Below are positions 1 through 14,183 of a stretch of 64,000 nt of DNA, piece after piece. The stretch is from Podarcis bocagei. Its lineage: Eukaryota. The translations under genes and the position numbers were made by a program. The notes below the pieces were generated by a model. The model saw only the letters and a list, made by a program, of their open reading frames with translations. It did no database searches and was not told the DNA's origin. The DNA lies in the NCBI GenBank assembly GCA_964188305.1, contig OZ076885.1; one strand, given 5' to 3'. Position 1 is the stretch's first letter. Each line of letters starts with the position of its first letter.

Positions 1-144
1 GGTGCTGCATATTATGGCCACAGGAGAAGGGAAAAAAAGAGTCTCCTGAGCCACCAGCTTTTATTTAGCCCAAATGTGCAAGGGAATGACCTGGAAGGTT
101 TCCTTTGGCGGCTCATGAAAATGCTGTGTTTTCATTTCACTTAC

Positions 145-243
145 CTCGCCATAGTCCGAAGTGAAGAGCACGGATCCATCAACACAAGAGCCAACTGTGC
201 AGGGCTGCAGCCGGTCCTGCTCCTGCAGCCACACACGTGTTCC
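145..243 (-). CDS. MYO10L: Myosin-X-like gene, exon 2 (GTRVWLQEQDRLQPCTVGSCVDGSVLFTSDYGE); gene continues past the left edge
   Basis: 99-nt exon with tttcag acceptor and GTAAGT donor. Translation aligns with the MYO10 N-terminus GTRVWLRENGQHFPSTVNSCAEGIVVFRTDYGQ, but is diverged enough to suggest a paralog. Confidence 0.88.
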
Positions 244-1306
244 CTGAAACCAATCATAGCAGGATTCAAGCCATACGCTCTACACCTGACCACACTTATC
301 TGTGCACTCGTGAGCATATCTACCCTAATGTTGCTTCCTGCAATTGCCCTCAACCATCAGCGGAAGCAGCCTCCCTTCCAGAAATGAAGCCTGTGGGCTG
401 GTTCACACATGGGCATCTCTGAATGACTGCAGCAGTTAGCCATGACTGGTGTGGAGGAGCCACCAGAGAGGGACTGTCCCTAGCCCAGGTGCCACCTTTA
501 GGACAAAGCTTTTCAACGGCGTCTGTTCACATATTCTGTCATCAGATGGCACCAAGTCCTGAAATGGTGAGAAATCAGGAAACATGCATGCCTACACAGG
601 CTCCAACTGCATCATCACAGGGAACATGGTATCTTGTGGTGGGGTTTTGTTTTGTTTAAATTTCTGTAGCAAGCTGTGAAAATGTAGAGTGTGAGACTTT
701 ACTGGCTGACTGTAATTGCTGGAAGTGTAGCTCCCGTGTTCAATTAATGCAAGAAGTGTGCACAATGGGGGCGGGGTTTGGGGGCCAGGCCCTGTACCCC
801 ACCCATTACACATGCCTCCAATGCATCTTCAAGCATACACCTGCAGGCACACTGCAGACAGGCCCACACATGCCATGAATGCTGAGACCTAGTCAGTAAA
901 CAGGGCTTAAGTTCCTCCCGTTGCTGCAGTCTACATATACCAGGTCTTCCCAGGGCCCACCAAGCTCCCACACTGCCAATGAAAACTAATAAATGAATAG
1001 GAGAACCTACCCACGTACACATTCCCTTCATACCTGCATTTTTGTAAACATTGTTCACTTGGGAAACTGCATAGCAACATTTTGATAAGTGTGAATTTCA
1101 AAGGATAGCTGTGCTTCAGTTTGCGTATCATTCCATAAAGTGCAGATTTGACAGATTTGGCTTTAAATGAGACCTAAATGAGACCTCTCGCATCCCCAGA
1201 TGCAGCCCTTCCTCTCTCCCAATCACATCTCTTACACAACTGCCCCTACATTGTTTCCCTCCCAATGTACCTCACAGGGTCTCATGTGAGGCTAAAAATG
1301 CCACTA

Positions 1307-1548
1307 CAGTGGTACCTCGGGTTACATACGCTTCAGGTTACATACGCTTCAGGTTACAGACTCCGCTAACCCAGAAATAGGACCTCAGGTTAAGAACTTT
1401 GCTTCAGGATGAGAACAGAAATCGTGCTCTGGCAGCGCGGCTGCAGCAGGAGGCCCCATTAGCTAAAGTGGTGCTTCAGGTTAATAACAGTTTCAGGTTA
1501 AGAACAGACCTTCAGAACGAATTAAGTACTTAACCCGAGGTACCACTG
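1307..1548 (+). mobile_element. Tc1/mariner-type (Tigger-like) MITE, family A
   Basis: TIR CAGTGGTACCTCGGGTT...AACCCGAGGTACCACTG with TA target duplication; four copies in the window. Confidence 0.9.
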
Positions 1549-2312
1549 TACTACCTCCTTGGCAGGAGGTGGGATGCAACTGCAATATTTAAAAAATACT
1601 TCCCTCACCACCATCTTCCTACATGCAGCTTTGATGATCCTCAGGCAGACATTTGTGTGGAGAAAAAGATAACATAAACTGGCAGTGTGTAGGTAGTCAG
1701 CAACGGTTCTTACAGTCACACAGTGACTGGGGAAGGTGCTGTGACAATTGTAGAAATGGCTGCTGGTTGCAGCTGAGCACCACCAGTGCAATACACCTTC
1801 CCACAGGAAACACAGCCCCCTGCTTGGCCAAGGACAGGTGAGGATTGACCAGGTTTAGGAGGGAAGAGCTCTGTGAAAAGGTCCCCACACAGATGGTCTC
1901 CTCTAAATACTTGTTCCAGATCCTCCTTTTAAATTGTACATATTTTACCATCTTCTCGAAATGAGGAAATTGAGCAGAAATGGTAAACAAGGCCATCCGA
2001 GGCGGGGGGGGGGGGATGAAACCAAATTGGGGGCTTCCCCTGACCTCCAAAAGATACCACTCGATATACACACTCAGAAACATGTTTCCTAATTTGCTGC
2101 TAATAAAAGCAGCAAATGTCCCTCTCTGCAAACAGGTCACGCATTGGAGATGGGACTTTTGCTCTTCCCTCAGAGGTCAGACATGACTAGAGTTACAGTA
2201 GCAGGAAATATTGATTTAAACCCAGTGTGCAAAATCAGAACAAGCAAATTCTTACTTCTAAATGGTATTCAATGAGTTTTAACCGCTTTGCAATAATACA
2301 ATGCAGCAATAT

Positions 2313-2461
2313 CAGTGTTTTTTCTGGGGGGGACGCAAGGGTACGCATACCTCTAAACATTTTGTGAATCTAAGTTTGGCCTCATTGAGGGGCGGTATTT
2401 CAATATGAGTAGGAAAATGAGAGTACCCCTAAACATTTTTTTAAAAAGAAAAAAAGCACTG
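2313..2461. mobile_element. hAT-type MITE
   Basis: TIR CAGTG(T/C)TTTTT with perfect 8-bp target duplication AGCAATAT (2305-2312 and 2462-2469). Confidence 0.85.
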
Positions 2462-4825
2462 AGCAATATGTTCCGCAACCCCGTGGGAGAAAATGCAACT
2501 CACGAGGGCAGCTTGGAGAACAGATGCAGCAAATCAGTGAAGAGGTTAGGCAACCCCTCCATTTTTCCACTCCACGTCACTACCAAATTGTGTGGCTTCA
2601 CAGAAATGTTAGAGGGAGAGAGTATGACCTACATATGAATATCTTTACAGCATTTTTGTCTTTTAAAAAAAGTCTAGCAAAAGAGATTTAATATCCAACT
2701 TGATGAATATCAACATTCAAATCATGTCTAGCTCTGCACCACCTCAAAAGACATTTCAACATGAGGCAAGAAGAGCCAGCCTAGTTTATGGGAAACCTAC
2801 AGAGGAAGGATTGATTGCAAAGCCACTGCGGTTATCAGCAGAAGGGCAGCCTGGGTGGGGGGGGCTGGTCGAGAGCCAGGATGCTACAATGCAAGCTATG
2901 GCAATGAATGCAGGGAGCCTGCTTCCTTTATGCCTCTCCATGGTGATTTAGCTCATGTTTGTTCTTGGTTGCAGATGAGCTGCATGACTAGATGTACCAG
3001 AAGAACCTTTCTCCTGAAGACACCTCAGGGTCTTGCAAAATTCCAGAGTTTCATGGGATCCTGACTCAAGAGCTAAAAATGTGTCAGCTTATGCCCGTGG
3101 TGCACAGTGTACTTGAAAAGCTCAAACACCAGAAGATGAAAAGGGTGGGGAATGTTGGGATTTTTCATTTTTTTTAAAAAAACCACTTTCAATTTGGTGT
3201 CTGGCCTGTGACTTGAGAGGTGATGGGAAAGGCTACTCTCTGCATGCTTTCTGTATCACATTTCAATGGTAAGCACTTTACTTTTTTATTTGTTGAGATG
3301 TGTTAAGTCACAACAAAAAGATGACAAATCAGGATACAGGGTGAAGTCACTCAGCCTTGGCTAACATGGCTAGCAGAGGCTCTCCAGAGCTCAAGCAGAA
3401 CCTATTATCTGCTGCTTAATTCTTTTAACCAGAAACACAAAGAATTAAATGTGGGACCTTCTGTGTGCTTTACAAGTGAATGATGGTCCTTCTCTCGACT
3501 CTGTTTCACCCATGGTAGAAGATGTACAGTGAAAGACTCACCTGGGGGTACACTATCTGAAGCAGGAGATAGATCCCTGTTCTGCCGTCTTTGGTAGCAG
3601 GAGTCTAACACCCTGGGCATTATGGCGCATCTCTTGGGGAGAAATCGAGTATTTTGAACCACTACAGTTGGCATGTGCCAACAAAGAGCCGAGAACCAAG
3701 TTCCTGCCCTGTGGTTTGATGGCCACATTACAAGACTTTTATCAAAATTGCTAACCTATCCTCCTGGCCTCAGCATTGGGGGAGGCCTACAGTCTCCACA
3801 TAAGGCCTGAATCAGGTTTCAACAAATGCATCTTCTGATTGATCCAATGGATCATGAATAAGTGATGGATACATATAAACAGAAATTAGCTAATGGAAGC
3901 AGGAGTAAGAGCACTGCCAGTGGGAAGAGCATCCACTATACCCACAAGAGAAAAAAGGGTTATCTGATCAGTCCCCAAGGAAGGTTTGGAGAGGAGGGAA
4001 TCAATAATGGCTTTCAGAAAGGGAGGCCACACCACATGGATCGTAGATGGGGACTTTCATTTATACTTCTCGAACAGCATTGCGCTTCCACAGCCTGATC
4101 TCACACCCATCATCATCATCATCATTATCACCATCACCACCTTGCCTTCTGGTCTTCCCCTGAACCTCGACAAGCATGCCTTCCCTCTTAGGCTGGATAC
4201 CTGTTGCCTCTCTTCACACCAAACAGAGCCTGTCTTCAGCCTTTACATGCTCCCTACTGTCCCGTCTCGGAAATGGCTCAGCCACACCTTCAAAACAGTT
4301 AATAGTGTGACAAGAGAGCATGAACTACCAATCAGGAGTTGACCAGAGGAAGCAGCTTGGTGAATGGGCCAGGATGATGAGCTTTTGCAAAATGGAAAGA
4401 AGGGATATATGGGAAGAGGCAGAGATAGGAGGCAAATCAGCAGGAGATGAAGCGCTCCAAAAGTAAGGGCTAGCTAGAAATTTCATATAAGCTTCAAGGC
4501 AATAACACTTCTAATAACAAGGCAAGGAGACTTCTTAAGTGGTCAGTTTTGCAATAATGGGATGCCCTTGCAAACACATTTAGAAACCTGCAGAAGGAAA
4601 AACGGTAATGAATACAGTATACAGGTTTTATCCATTTGTTTGGCACTTCTTTTCTATTGTGTGAATACTGCATTTCATAACCACTGCAATGTTTTACTGC
4701 GTGGGAAAATCTTCTGCTATGGCTCTCTAGAGTTGCTTTGAGAGAGGGGGATACAAGAGTGTACAATAGTTAGAACTGACTCATGGTCAATGATAGCACT
4801 ATTTTTTGTGTGTGCGTGACATCTA

Positions 4826-5084
4826 CCGTATTTTTCGCTCTATAAGACGCACCAGACCACAAGACGCACCTAGTTTTTGGAGGAGGAAAACAAGAAAAAA
4901 AATATTCTGAATCTCAGAAGCCAGAACAGCAAGAGGGATCATTGCACAGTGAAAGCAGCAATCCCTCTTGCTGTTCTGGCTTCTGGGATAGCTGCGCAGC
5001 CTGCATTCGCGCCATAAGACGCACACACATTCCCTCTTAGTTTTTAGGAGGGAAAAAGTGAGTCTTATAGAGCAAAAAATACAG
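4826..5084. mobile_element. Tc1/mariner (pogo/Tc2-like) MITE with an internal hairpin
   Basis: TIR CCGTATTTTTCGCTCTATAAGAC...GTCTTATAGAGCAAAAAATACAG; internal inverted repeat about 4912-4988. Related fragments near 51890-51941 and 52143-52310. Confidence 0.8.
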
Positions 5085-7554
5085 AACTTGTTTTTAGTCT
5101 AGGAATAAGATTTGTGCTGAAACAGGTACTAAGTTGGCATTCATAAGAGAGATTGAATTAATGATGATGGCAGAGCAATAGTCAATACCTCTATGCTTAT
5201 TCATGATTATCTTCAGTTTCACATTCATTTTTATTTTCTGTATTATTTTTTTTAAATAGCACCATCTGTTAGCTTGACATGCTCAGATACTCTTTTTCCA
5301 GCATTTTCCAGCTAGAATTTATCCCTTTACATCTTTTAAGTGGAACCTACTACTTCTGCTCACATTATATACACCCAAATGTAATTATATATGTGATACT
5401 GCCATGCATAAACTAGGTTTATGGGACAGCAGAGAAACCAAGTACAAATTATCCTGCTCCTCTCTGTGTCAGTGTCATTTTTTTCATGGTAGAGAAAGGT
5501 GGGTTGCAGGGGACTGCAGCAATTCCCAGTTTGCAAGACTAACAAATCATGAGATGATATACCTTCTTCACTTTCAAGAATGAGACAACATACATACCTG
5601 CCTAAAAGAGCAATTGATATGAAAAAAGGGAGGCTGCCCTGTCAGCAAGCAGCAAGGAAATAACAAGGGAGATGAGAAACTCAGGCTGCGCCATCAGTGG
5701 CTGCAGGTCAGGGCGAACCAGCTGACACCGCCCTTCCTTTCTTGGAGGTCTTCCCTGCAGCAGAGACCCACCCACTCTCCTCAGCTGTGCTTAGCTTGCA
5801 AATCCAGGCAAGGTCACAGGCAGCGAGATCTGGCTGGAGACTCACCGCCCCAGGGAACAGGAATCAAGCAATGCCTTTAGACTAATCTAATTTCCAGCTC
5901 CCTGATCTACTGGTTCAAAAGTGTCCTCAGCTGTAGTAGCAGCTGCATCTACTCTTCCCACAAATGGCAATATGGGGAATTGCTTAGTAGTCGCCTTACT
6001 GGGATCTTAAAGCGCTGCAGGTGAGCTCCCGTGTCACCCTTCTGCCCAGATCCACCAAGTGTTTGCACCTTACTGAGCAACCCTGCATGTCCATTGTGTA
6101 TCAAGGCAACAAGGTTTGCTGGAGCAAAGAAACTGGGGAGGTTTTTTTGCTGAAGAGTGGGCATTCAGGGTTCCCTTTGACATTCAATTCCACTCTGCTT
6201 CCACACAAACTCTGCAATTGCTTTGCTCTCTGTCTCTCAAAAAAAGAAAACACAGAGCAACATCTATTCAGTCACCTCATTGCAATTAACGTGCAAATGC
6301 ACTCCTCACTGTTATCTACAGTGACAGCATGTCGCATGGGGTCAGCATCAAAAAAATCAAAGTAAAACCATTGCCATCTTCTTACATACGCACAAATTCT
6401 GATGAGTGGATTGCAAGAGGTAGCCTGTTTGGAAAGGAGCTCTTGTCTCCACACTGATGACTCCCCCTGAACTTTTCTTACCTCTCCACAATCTAGAAGA
6501 GGTGAGAATTCAGCTTACTGTACTGTACTCAAAGGTCTGGGAAGGCAGGTTAAAATTCCTTCCACGATCCAGACTTCCTTGATGACCATGACAGTGGAGA
6601 CAACTCAGCAGCATGGTATTAAGATGCCTGGTGCTTGATGCTACTTTCAAAGGCCCTTTGGTAGAATTCTAATATGGATAATTTATTCTAATTCGTACAC
6701 TGAGCTACACCAAGCAGTTGTTCCATCACTGAAAATGAGGAGAATGTACAGATATTTGCTTCCATCTACATAGACACAAATGACAGCTCTCTCCTGGCCC
6801 ATCAGACACTCTCCCAACTGTTGATGCCTTTGGATACTGAACTGTGTCAATATAGAACCATTTCTGTTTTAAGGATAGTTGACACATGAATGTTCGTTGT
6901 GTGGTTAGCTCTACATCAGCTGGTGGCCTGCATGCATGAATAAGTTGTTACAGGCATCGAATAGTACAGGCAGAATGTATATACCACTTGAAGCACAAAC
7001 CAGTTTAAACCAACAGCACTATCCACATGACCAATCAGGATAGAATAAATTGGGGAGAATGGGGAGAGAGAATAGGATTGGGGGGGAATCCCTCCCTCAC
7101 CCTGAATGCATTTGATTGGTTGCTTTTTTATGGGATTCCTCATCATGCACATAAACCCTACATGTGTACAAATAATGTAGTCATGCAACCAACTGAATGG
7201 GTGGGGTTTGCAGTTACAATTCAAATGCCTTAACACACAATCTCAAACTTCACAGGCTGGTCAAATCAACATTACAAGCATTAAATAATCAAGTGACATC
7301 CCCTGGAAGAGACAATCCAGGATGAAGGCAAAGGCATACTGCCCAGCATCCTCCCTTTGGTCTGGGTGGAAAGGTTTGGGTCACTCCCACCAACTCCCCA
7401 ATAGGCACTCAGAGGCAAGGTTGATGTCTAACACCTTGACAGCCTTCCTGTAGCCACCTTGCTTGCTTCGTCCTCTAGACCCATGGCCATTTTCCTGGCT
7501 GTGCCCCACTCCTCCTGTTGGCTGGACAAAGTCGTCTGTCAGTCAGAACTCATT

Positions 7555-7752
7555 GGGGTCCAGAGTTCGAATCCCCACTCAGCCATGAAGCTTATTGGGT
7601 GATCTTGGGCCACTCACCATCTCTTAGCCTAACCCCCCTCACAGGGTTGTTGCGAGGATGAAATGGGGGAGGAGGAGAACCATGTACACCACCTCCAGCT
7701 CCTTGGAAGATAAAGGGGGTATATAAATGTAATAAATAAAATAAAATAAATA
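7555..7752 (+). mobile_element. tRNA-derived MIR-like SINE with L2-type tail; degenerate relatives near 11120-11290, 23640-23780 and 56030-56230
   Basis: GTTCGAATCCCCACTCAGCCATGAAGCT...CTCACAGGGTTGTTG...(TAAA)n. Confidence 0.75.
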
Positions 7753-8866
7753 GTGCATATGTGGGTGGTGGCCAACAGGGAGAGAAATAGGACGCGACAC
7801 TCTGTTGCTTCCAGGCTACCCGACAGGGTTGGTGCTGGAGTCAATGGCGCCATCTGCCACAGCCTTTTCCTAGAACTGTGCATTGCAAGTCACCATAAGG
7901 CATTGCCTGAGTTGGGGAAGGCTGCTGCATCTGCTGATCTGTGGCAGGTGCATTCATGTCTTTGGGCAATCCATTGAACACATCGCCAACATCAGAGTTT
8001 TGTGCTAACCAGCTCACCTGGCCATGTCTGAAGGATGAGGGTTAAAATAAAACATATTTAAAAATTATGAAAGCCGGAAATGTTTAACAGCTGCTTTTTT
8101 GCTTCAAAGCCAATAGAGTATTAGAACTACATGGCTTCCTAGCTTTATATTTCTTAAAACATCTATTCACTACTGATTTCCTTTGTTAACACACAAGTGA
8201 AAGGAGGCCAGCAGTTTAATCAATAGTCTGTTCAGTGCCCCCTCTCCTTTCCCCCGTTTTTTAAATGAATGTTTCTCAGATTTGGGTCATACTCAGATCC
8301 CATTGCAGATGTGACAGAATTATTTTTGTCCACTTCAGACTTATAGGTCTTTTATTCCAATTTCGTTCAGCTTAAGCTGCTGCTTCTTTTTTCCACGCTT
8401 GCCAAAAAGAATTGTATCTGAACCTTTCTCAGCCATACAAACAGCTAGTAGAATAGAAGAGTGGGGCAAAATAAGAAAAAGCAGAACAGTGTGTGTCACT
8501 GGCATTGCACTGGTTGAAGATATTTGGTTCCAAAAATGACATGCGTTTCTATGGAAAACTATCAAATTCTCAAAATACAGCTCTCTGGACTTTAATTATT
8601 TAATGTTATATTGTTTTTGTTTCTAGAGCCTTCTCTGATGAAGAGGCTGAACACCTACTTTACAACACTGGCATGTCAAAGGAGCTTTCGATGAATCCAC
8701 GTGCCTGGTTAAAAATGGCGAGTGTTCTTTAAATCCCACCCAGGGCTCCGTTCCACTCTCTTTCTTTGTGACTATGAACCAGTCATGCACTACACACTTT
8801 CCTCCATTTCTGTTACAAAGAGTAGCATTTTGACTTTGATCTTATGGGATGTTCATCATTCCAAGA

Positions 8867-8868
<2 letters not shown>

Positions 8869-8905
<37 letters not shown>
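8869..8905. repeat. (CT)n microsatellite
   Basis: Seen directly. Confidence 0.95.
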
Positions 8906-8909
<4 letters not shown>

Positions 8910-9119
8910 CCATACTAGGAAGATCTGAGCAGAGACACATCTGCATTCAGCATCTGAGCTGAGCACCATCACAAGCTTGGATGCTCTGGGCACAACAAAA
9001 TAAGATCTGGGTGAATGTTCCAGCTGTTATTTTCATAGGAAGCTATTAGAATGATAAGCATTAGCAGGGAGCTCGTTTATAGGTAAACGTGGGCTTGGTG
9101 GAGCTGCTGCGAGGCAGCC

Positions 9120-9475
9120 ACACATTTCTGAGCTTCTGCATGAGCACATTGTATGGAGCTGTGCCAAAGTGCTTTACTGAAAGACAAGGTGCATTTGCAA
9201 ACTGCATCCCTCCCCCATCTCCTCGCATAGATCAGGCCAGTCACATTTTCGAAAGAGGAGGGAGCGCACGCCCGTTGGCCGGTTGGCACGAAGCATCCTC
9301 GTCAGAGCTGTGCTGGCTGCTGTTGTTTTAAACACCACAACGCTACCCCTCCAGGGTGACATCAGCTCCGTCCTCAAGACGGATGGTTTTACGATTCGTT
9401 CTAGCAAAAAGGGTGGGACCAAAGTCAAGCTAACAGGTTCATGATTTGTTGGATCCGCCTTTCTCCCTTGCCTAA
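9120..9475 (-). mobile_element. Ancient CR1 LINE reverse transcriptase fragment
   Basis: Frameshifted motifs KADPTNHEPVSLT / SSQH..SCQ / SFENVTGLI / DAV / FSKA follow the order of CR1 ORF2 (EDPGNYRPVSLT...SQHGF..SCQ..SFFDKVT..NAV..DFSKAFD). Confidence 0.72.
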
Positions 9476-11923
9476 GAATAGATGCAAGGTTCATTCCCCC
9501 TCTTGTCCCCCAGGGAATCGCAAATGCTGGAAGAGGACAGAAATGAAATTCAAGAATGACCTTGGCAAAATTCAAGCACTGGAGCTCTCTGTAATGGGGA
9601 AAGAGAAATCCAAAGGGAATGAAAGCAGTAGATGTCGGACACAAACCTACCCATCCCAGCCTCCAAGGTTTTAAAAAATCCAGATGTACATCGGTGTGCG
9701 GGTGATTAGATAAGGGATAGGAACAAACCAAGGAACCTAGATTCATGATCAGCTATTGCTTTTTTAAATAGGGGTCCACTTACATGTCAAAACACAGACA
9801 AAGGTTTATTAACCCTCTCCTTGCCAGGGTGAGCAGGCTCTGGCAAAGCTCTCAGGCAGCCTGGTTAGCCACTGTGAGAAGAGGGTGCTGGACTAGATGG
9901 GCCCTTGGCCTGATCCAACAAGCAAGCTCTACTTAGGATCTTATTGTGTCTCCTCCTGATGAACGTTAGCATCTTGGTCCAAGTCACTAGCAAAGGGCTC
10001 ATTAGTTATATCCCTCTCTTTGTCATGAACAGCCACAGAAACTCTACTAAAATTCTCTTGCAACTCAGCATCTCAGTTGTGTTTGCACAAACTCTGGAAG
10101 AGCTTCTGAAGGTGAGCAGACGCAAGTTTTGGACAAGACTCCAGTTGCTTTGCCTCAGAAAGAGGGGCTCAGAAGGTGCATAATAATGGGAGCACATCCC
10201 AGGGATCGGAGGCCAAGGGGGATGCTATGGAGGCCAGCCTGAGCTGCTGGGCTGCCAGTTGTTTCTTCCTAACAAAAGCTGTGGTCCACTATATTTGTTA
10301 ATTGTTTATTGCTAATGTGATGGGACCCTGTTGGATTCACAATGTAATAACTAACCGTACTACCCCACTTTGCAATTACTCCAAGTGTTAATAGACAAAG
10401 GTGGCACAGAAAGCAATGCAATGCAACAACATTAAAAACAAAAAGCATTCCCAAACACCTACCCTGTGTTCTTGAAGAGATATTTCTTATATAATTGGAA
10501 ACTTAATTTTTCAGAATGGTTAAGTAGCCTTACAATGAATGACGCATTGGTATCTTTAAAAGGGGGTGGGGAAGGAGTTAGAAATTCTTAGGAGCTGATT
10601 CACTTCTCTGTCCTCTCCCCAGCCAAATACTCAACACTCATTAACTTGCCACCAAATTTGTGTATTGAGCTGGTGTCTGGCAATATGAACCACAATGAGT
10701 GTTTTACATAGGAAAATCTTGATGTTGCACACAAGTGAAAAACACACACATGTGAAATAAGAACATAAGAAGATCCTTGCAGGATTAGGCCACTGGCCTA
10801 TCTACTCCATATATCCTGCATATACAGTGGCCAGCTAGATGCCCATGGGAAGCCTGAAAGCAGGACCTGAACGCAATAGCACTCAGTCTTAGATTGTCCC
10901 TTTGATTGTACCCCAATTTCTGAATGCAAATGCAATTGCCCAGCCAATCACACTGTATGCCTCCATATCACATTTAATATCCTTCAAGTGCCCATAAGGA
11001 ACCTATTTGATCACCCCTCCTGAGGCTTTTCTTTCTGGCCCATGTTATCTTCCCTGCCATATATCCAAAAAGGTGTGTGTCTTGAACATAACAATTCAGT
11101 TCTAGTGAGATATACTGGTTAGACCAAGGAGGTTCTCAGCCATGAATTGCACTGGGTGACCTTGGGCCTATTTCTCTCTCTCTCTCTCTCTTTTAGTCTA
11201 GTTTACCTTCCAGGGTTGTTTTTAGTATAAAACGGAAAACCCTATACTCTCTGGAGGAAAGGACTGGGTTGTAATAAGCGAACAAATAATAATTTGTAAT
11301 GTGTAATAAGTGAAACAATAATAATTAGTCTTGTGAGATCAAACCAACATCTGGTTCAGCACTATTACATCAAAAAATGGGCATTCAGATAAGGGCAGTC
11401 AGTGCCACACTCGCCTCCTGAGTTCAGCGGGGTTGTGTGGTGCCCTTAAAATGTTGCAGACAACAACTCCCATCATCCTTGACCATGCTGGCTGAGGCTG
11501 ATGAGAGTCATAGACCAAAACATCTGGAGGGCACTACATCTCCTACCCCTAACACACACACCATCAATCATCCCTGTCTCTAAGGAAGAGAGCAGTGGGG
11601 CAACCATCTCCCTGGCCAAACATGCCCCATGTACAATAACCCAACCTTCACTTATGCTGAACATGCTTTATTCCCTTCTATGGTGGCAAGCTACTTGTTC
11701 GGGAGCCAAAAGAGTCAACAAAGGGGTTTTAGACACAGGTTGTTCCCTGCTCTGTGGCTCCACCATCTTCTCAACCAAAGAAAAGTCACTTGGGAAGATG
11801 ATGGCGTAAGGAAAAACGCAGCCACCTAACTCCTCAGAGAGCTAAGCGAGGCACAAAGTTTTGGAACATGCAGACAAACCCTCCAGACCAGAAATGGATG
11901 ACGAGAGCAGAGGAGCAACTTCT

Positions 11924-12134
11924 TTTTTTTTTTTTTTTTTTTTTTGCATTTTAAAATTTTATTAGTATTCCATATATGTACATTATATTCGTATTGCATA
12001 CATCTCATACATTTTAGACTTCCTTCAGCGTCGTTGACATTCATTCGTATTTGTTTCTTTATAGCACATTCCAATCGTTCATACTGCCATTTATACCTCC
12101 CTTCATACATTATATCCAATAAGCAGTACCTCTT
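11924..12134 (-). mobile_element. Poly(A)-tailed retroposed insertion (L1-like 3' end)
   Basis: T run of about 23 nt, AATAAA on the minus strand, 7-bp target duplication AACTTCT (11917-11923 and 12135-12141). Confidence 0.75.
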
Positions 12135-14120
12135 AACTTCTCAGAGCTTGACCCAGGCCTCCCCGCCATTCATCCCAAAAAAGCCCTGGCACAAAAAAGG
12201 CAGAGAGCAAGAGGCAGACAAACACAAGGACCACATCCTCTGTGGCCGTCCACTTCCTGCCCACAGATATACAGGGAAAACACTGTCATAGTTACAGCTC
12301 CCTTTGGACACCCCTCGCCACCATTTTCTCTCCCTGACCACCCGGTTCTTTCTCTCACACACATTCAGCTGTGCAGGAGTTTTCATTGCGATTGCAAGCC
12401 ACTTTCCTCCAGGCACAGAGCTGCAGTCATCTTCCTCCCCCCTCTCCCTCGCTGAGCTGCTTCTGGTTACATGTCCAGGGAAGAAGCCGGCCAGGGTGAC
12501 TAGACCACTGTGGGAGATTTGGCTTCTCTGAGATCGGAGGGGGAAGGGAGAGCAAGGCAACCATTCAACCGTTTTCTCTGGTTTTCAGCCTGCAAAGGGA
12601 AGTGCCCGTGCCTGCTGGCAGGCTTCCCCAGAGAGCAGGGCAGCCTGCCCACCGTACATGCAGAGGCACTAAAAGGCACAATGGGCTCTGTGCCACCCAG
12701 GACTTCCACAATACCACAGGGGATGCCCTTCAAGCCATTGAGCCCATTCTGAGTGTTGCTGTGTGGTTTTGTTTTGTTTCATATACTCAAGACACAGCAC
12801 GGAGCTACTGCTTGAAGCCAAGTTATCCAGCCAGCAAATCATGCCAAGCACAGAAGTGGCAGCCAGCTGGGCAAGAGGGCAAGCAAATATGAGCAGTCCC
12901 GTGCCCACACGTCCCCCTCAGTCCACACTCTGTCCCTCCTGCCACAGTCGGCTTCCTCATCTCAGCCTCCATCCATCCACCCATATGCTTTTCTCAGTCT
13001 TGACTTTGTACATGCTCTCCTCCTCCTCCTCCCACTCCCCCACCAAACAAAGCAATTGCTTTGGGATTTGTATCCCTCTCTAATCTTCCTACATATAAGA
13101 CTATCTGCTCTCACTGCTGAGGGGCATCTTTGAAGGTTAGGTAGATAACATGACACCTTTTCAGCCACTGCACACCCAACAGGCCTTGGGAGCCCTCTTC
13201 CCCAGTGGAGGGGGGCAGGGGGAGATGCCCACCTCCTTCCTGACCTTCCATCACTGTGGGAGGAGAAAACTCTTATGTTTTAGAAGACTTCAGAAGAGGG
13301 TTAGTTGTTGTTGTTTGGTCTGCTATGCCTCATTTCTGTTTCTGCTCTTCTCCCCCCCCTTCTGTTTAGTTATATTTTAAAAAATGCAGATGGCTGTATT
13401 TAGGTTTGATTTTCCTCACAGCTTTAGATGAGCCGCTCAAACCAGAAATGGATGTGGAAAGAGAAGCAGCTTCTCAGAGCTTGACCCAGACCTCCCTGCT
13501 CATCCCAAAGAGCCACAGTCCCCAAAGGCAGACATAACAGAGAATCACATCCTCTGTGTCACCCACTTCCTGCCCACAGACATGCAGGGAAAGTTGTTCA
13601 ACAGAAAAGTAGGATATAATTTAAAAGCAAAGGAGCAAACCTAGCCTGTTGGTTGTAGTGTCTTGCATTTGTGCTGGGCTGCCAGAATCTCTTCCAGTAA
13701 CAAGCGTAGCTCTTGGATAATGTAAAAATAGATGCATAAATAAATAATATGGAAAGTGCCTCTAACCAGGTCTAGAGTGCCCTTCAGTATTTATTTTTTT
13801 TAAAAAGAATCACAAACTTAGGCATTCCAGCCAAGGGCAGCTACATGCTGCTTTGCGTGTAGAAGATCCCAGTTCACCAGGGAGGACTGGCAATGTCCTC
13901 CCATCTGAAATCCTGTAGACCCATTGCTAGTTATTGGAGACACTGCCGAGCTAGATGGAGCAATGGTCTGACTCAGAATAAGTCAGATTTCTATCTTCCT
14001 GCGCAGATCCTTTTTGGCTACTTGACTACCCACTAGAGGTACCTGCAACTATGCTTGAAGACTACTGAGAAAAGCCCTGGTCCCTGCAATGTCTGCCCTA
14101 TAGAGCCATGCTTCTACTGA

Positions 14121-14123
<3 letters not shown>

Positions 14124-14183
<60 letters not shown>

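Noticed and set aside
1307-1548. Short internal repeats (CTTCAGGTTA) as CRISPR-like or regulatory arrays
   Set aside because: They are sub-terminal repeats of a multicopy MITE in a eukaryotic genome.
9174-9746. 190-aa minus-strand ORF as a host gene
   Set aside because: Explained by a frameshifted CR1 RT remnant plus flanking non-coding sequence.
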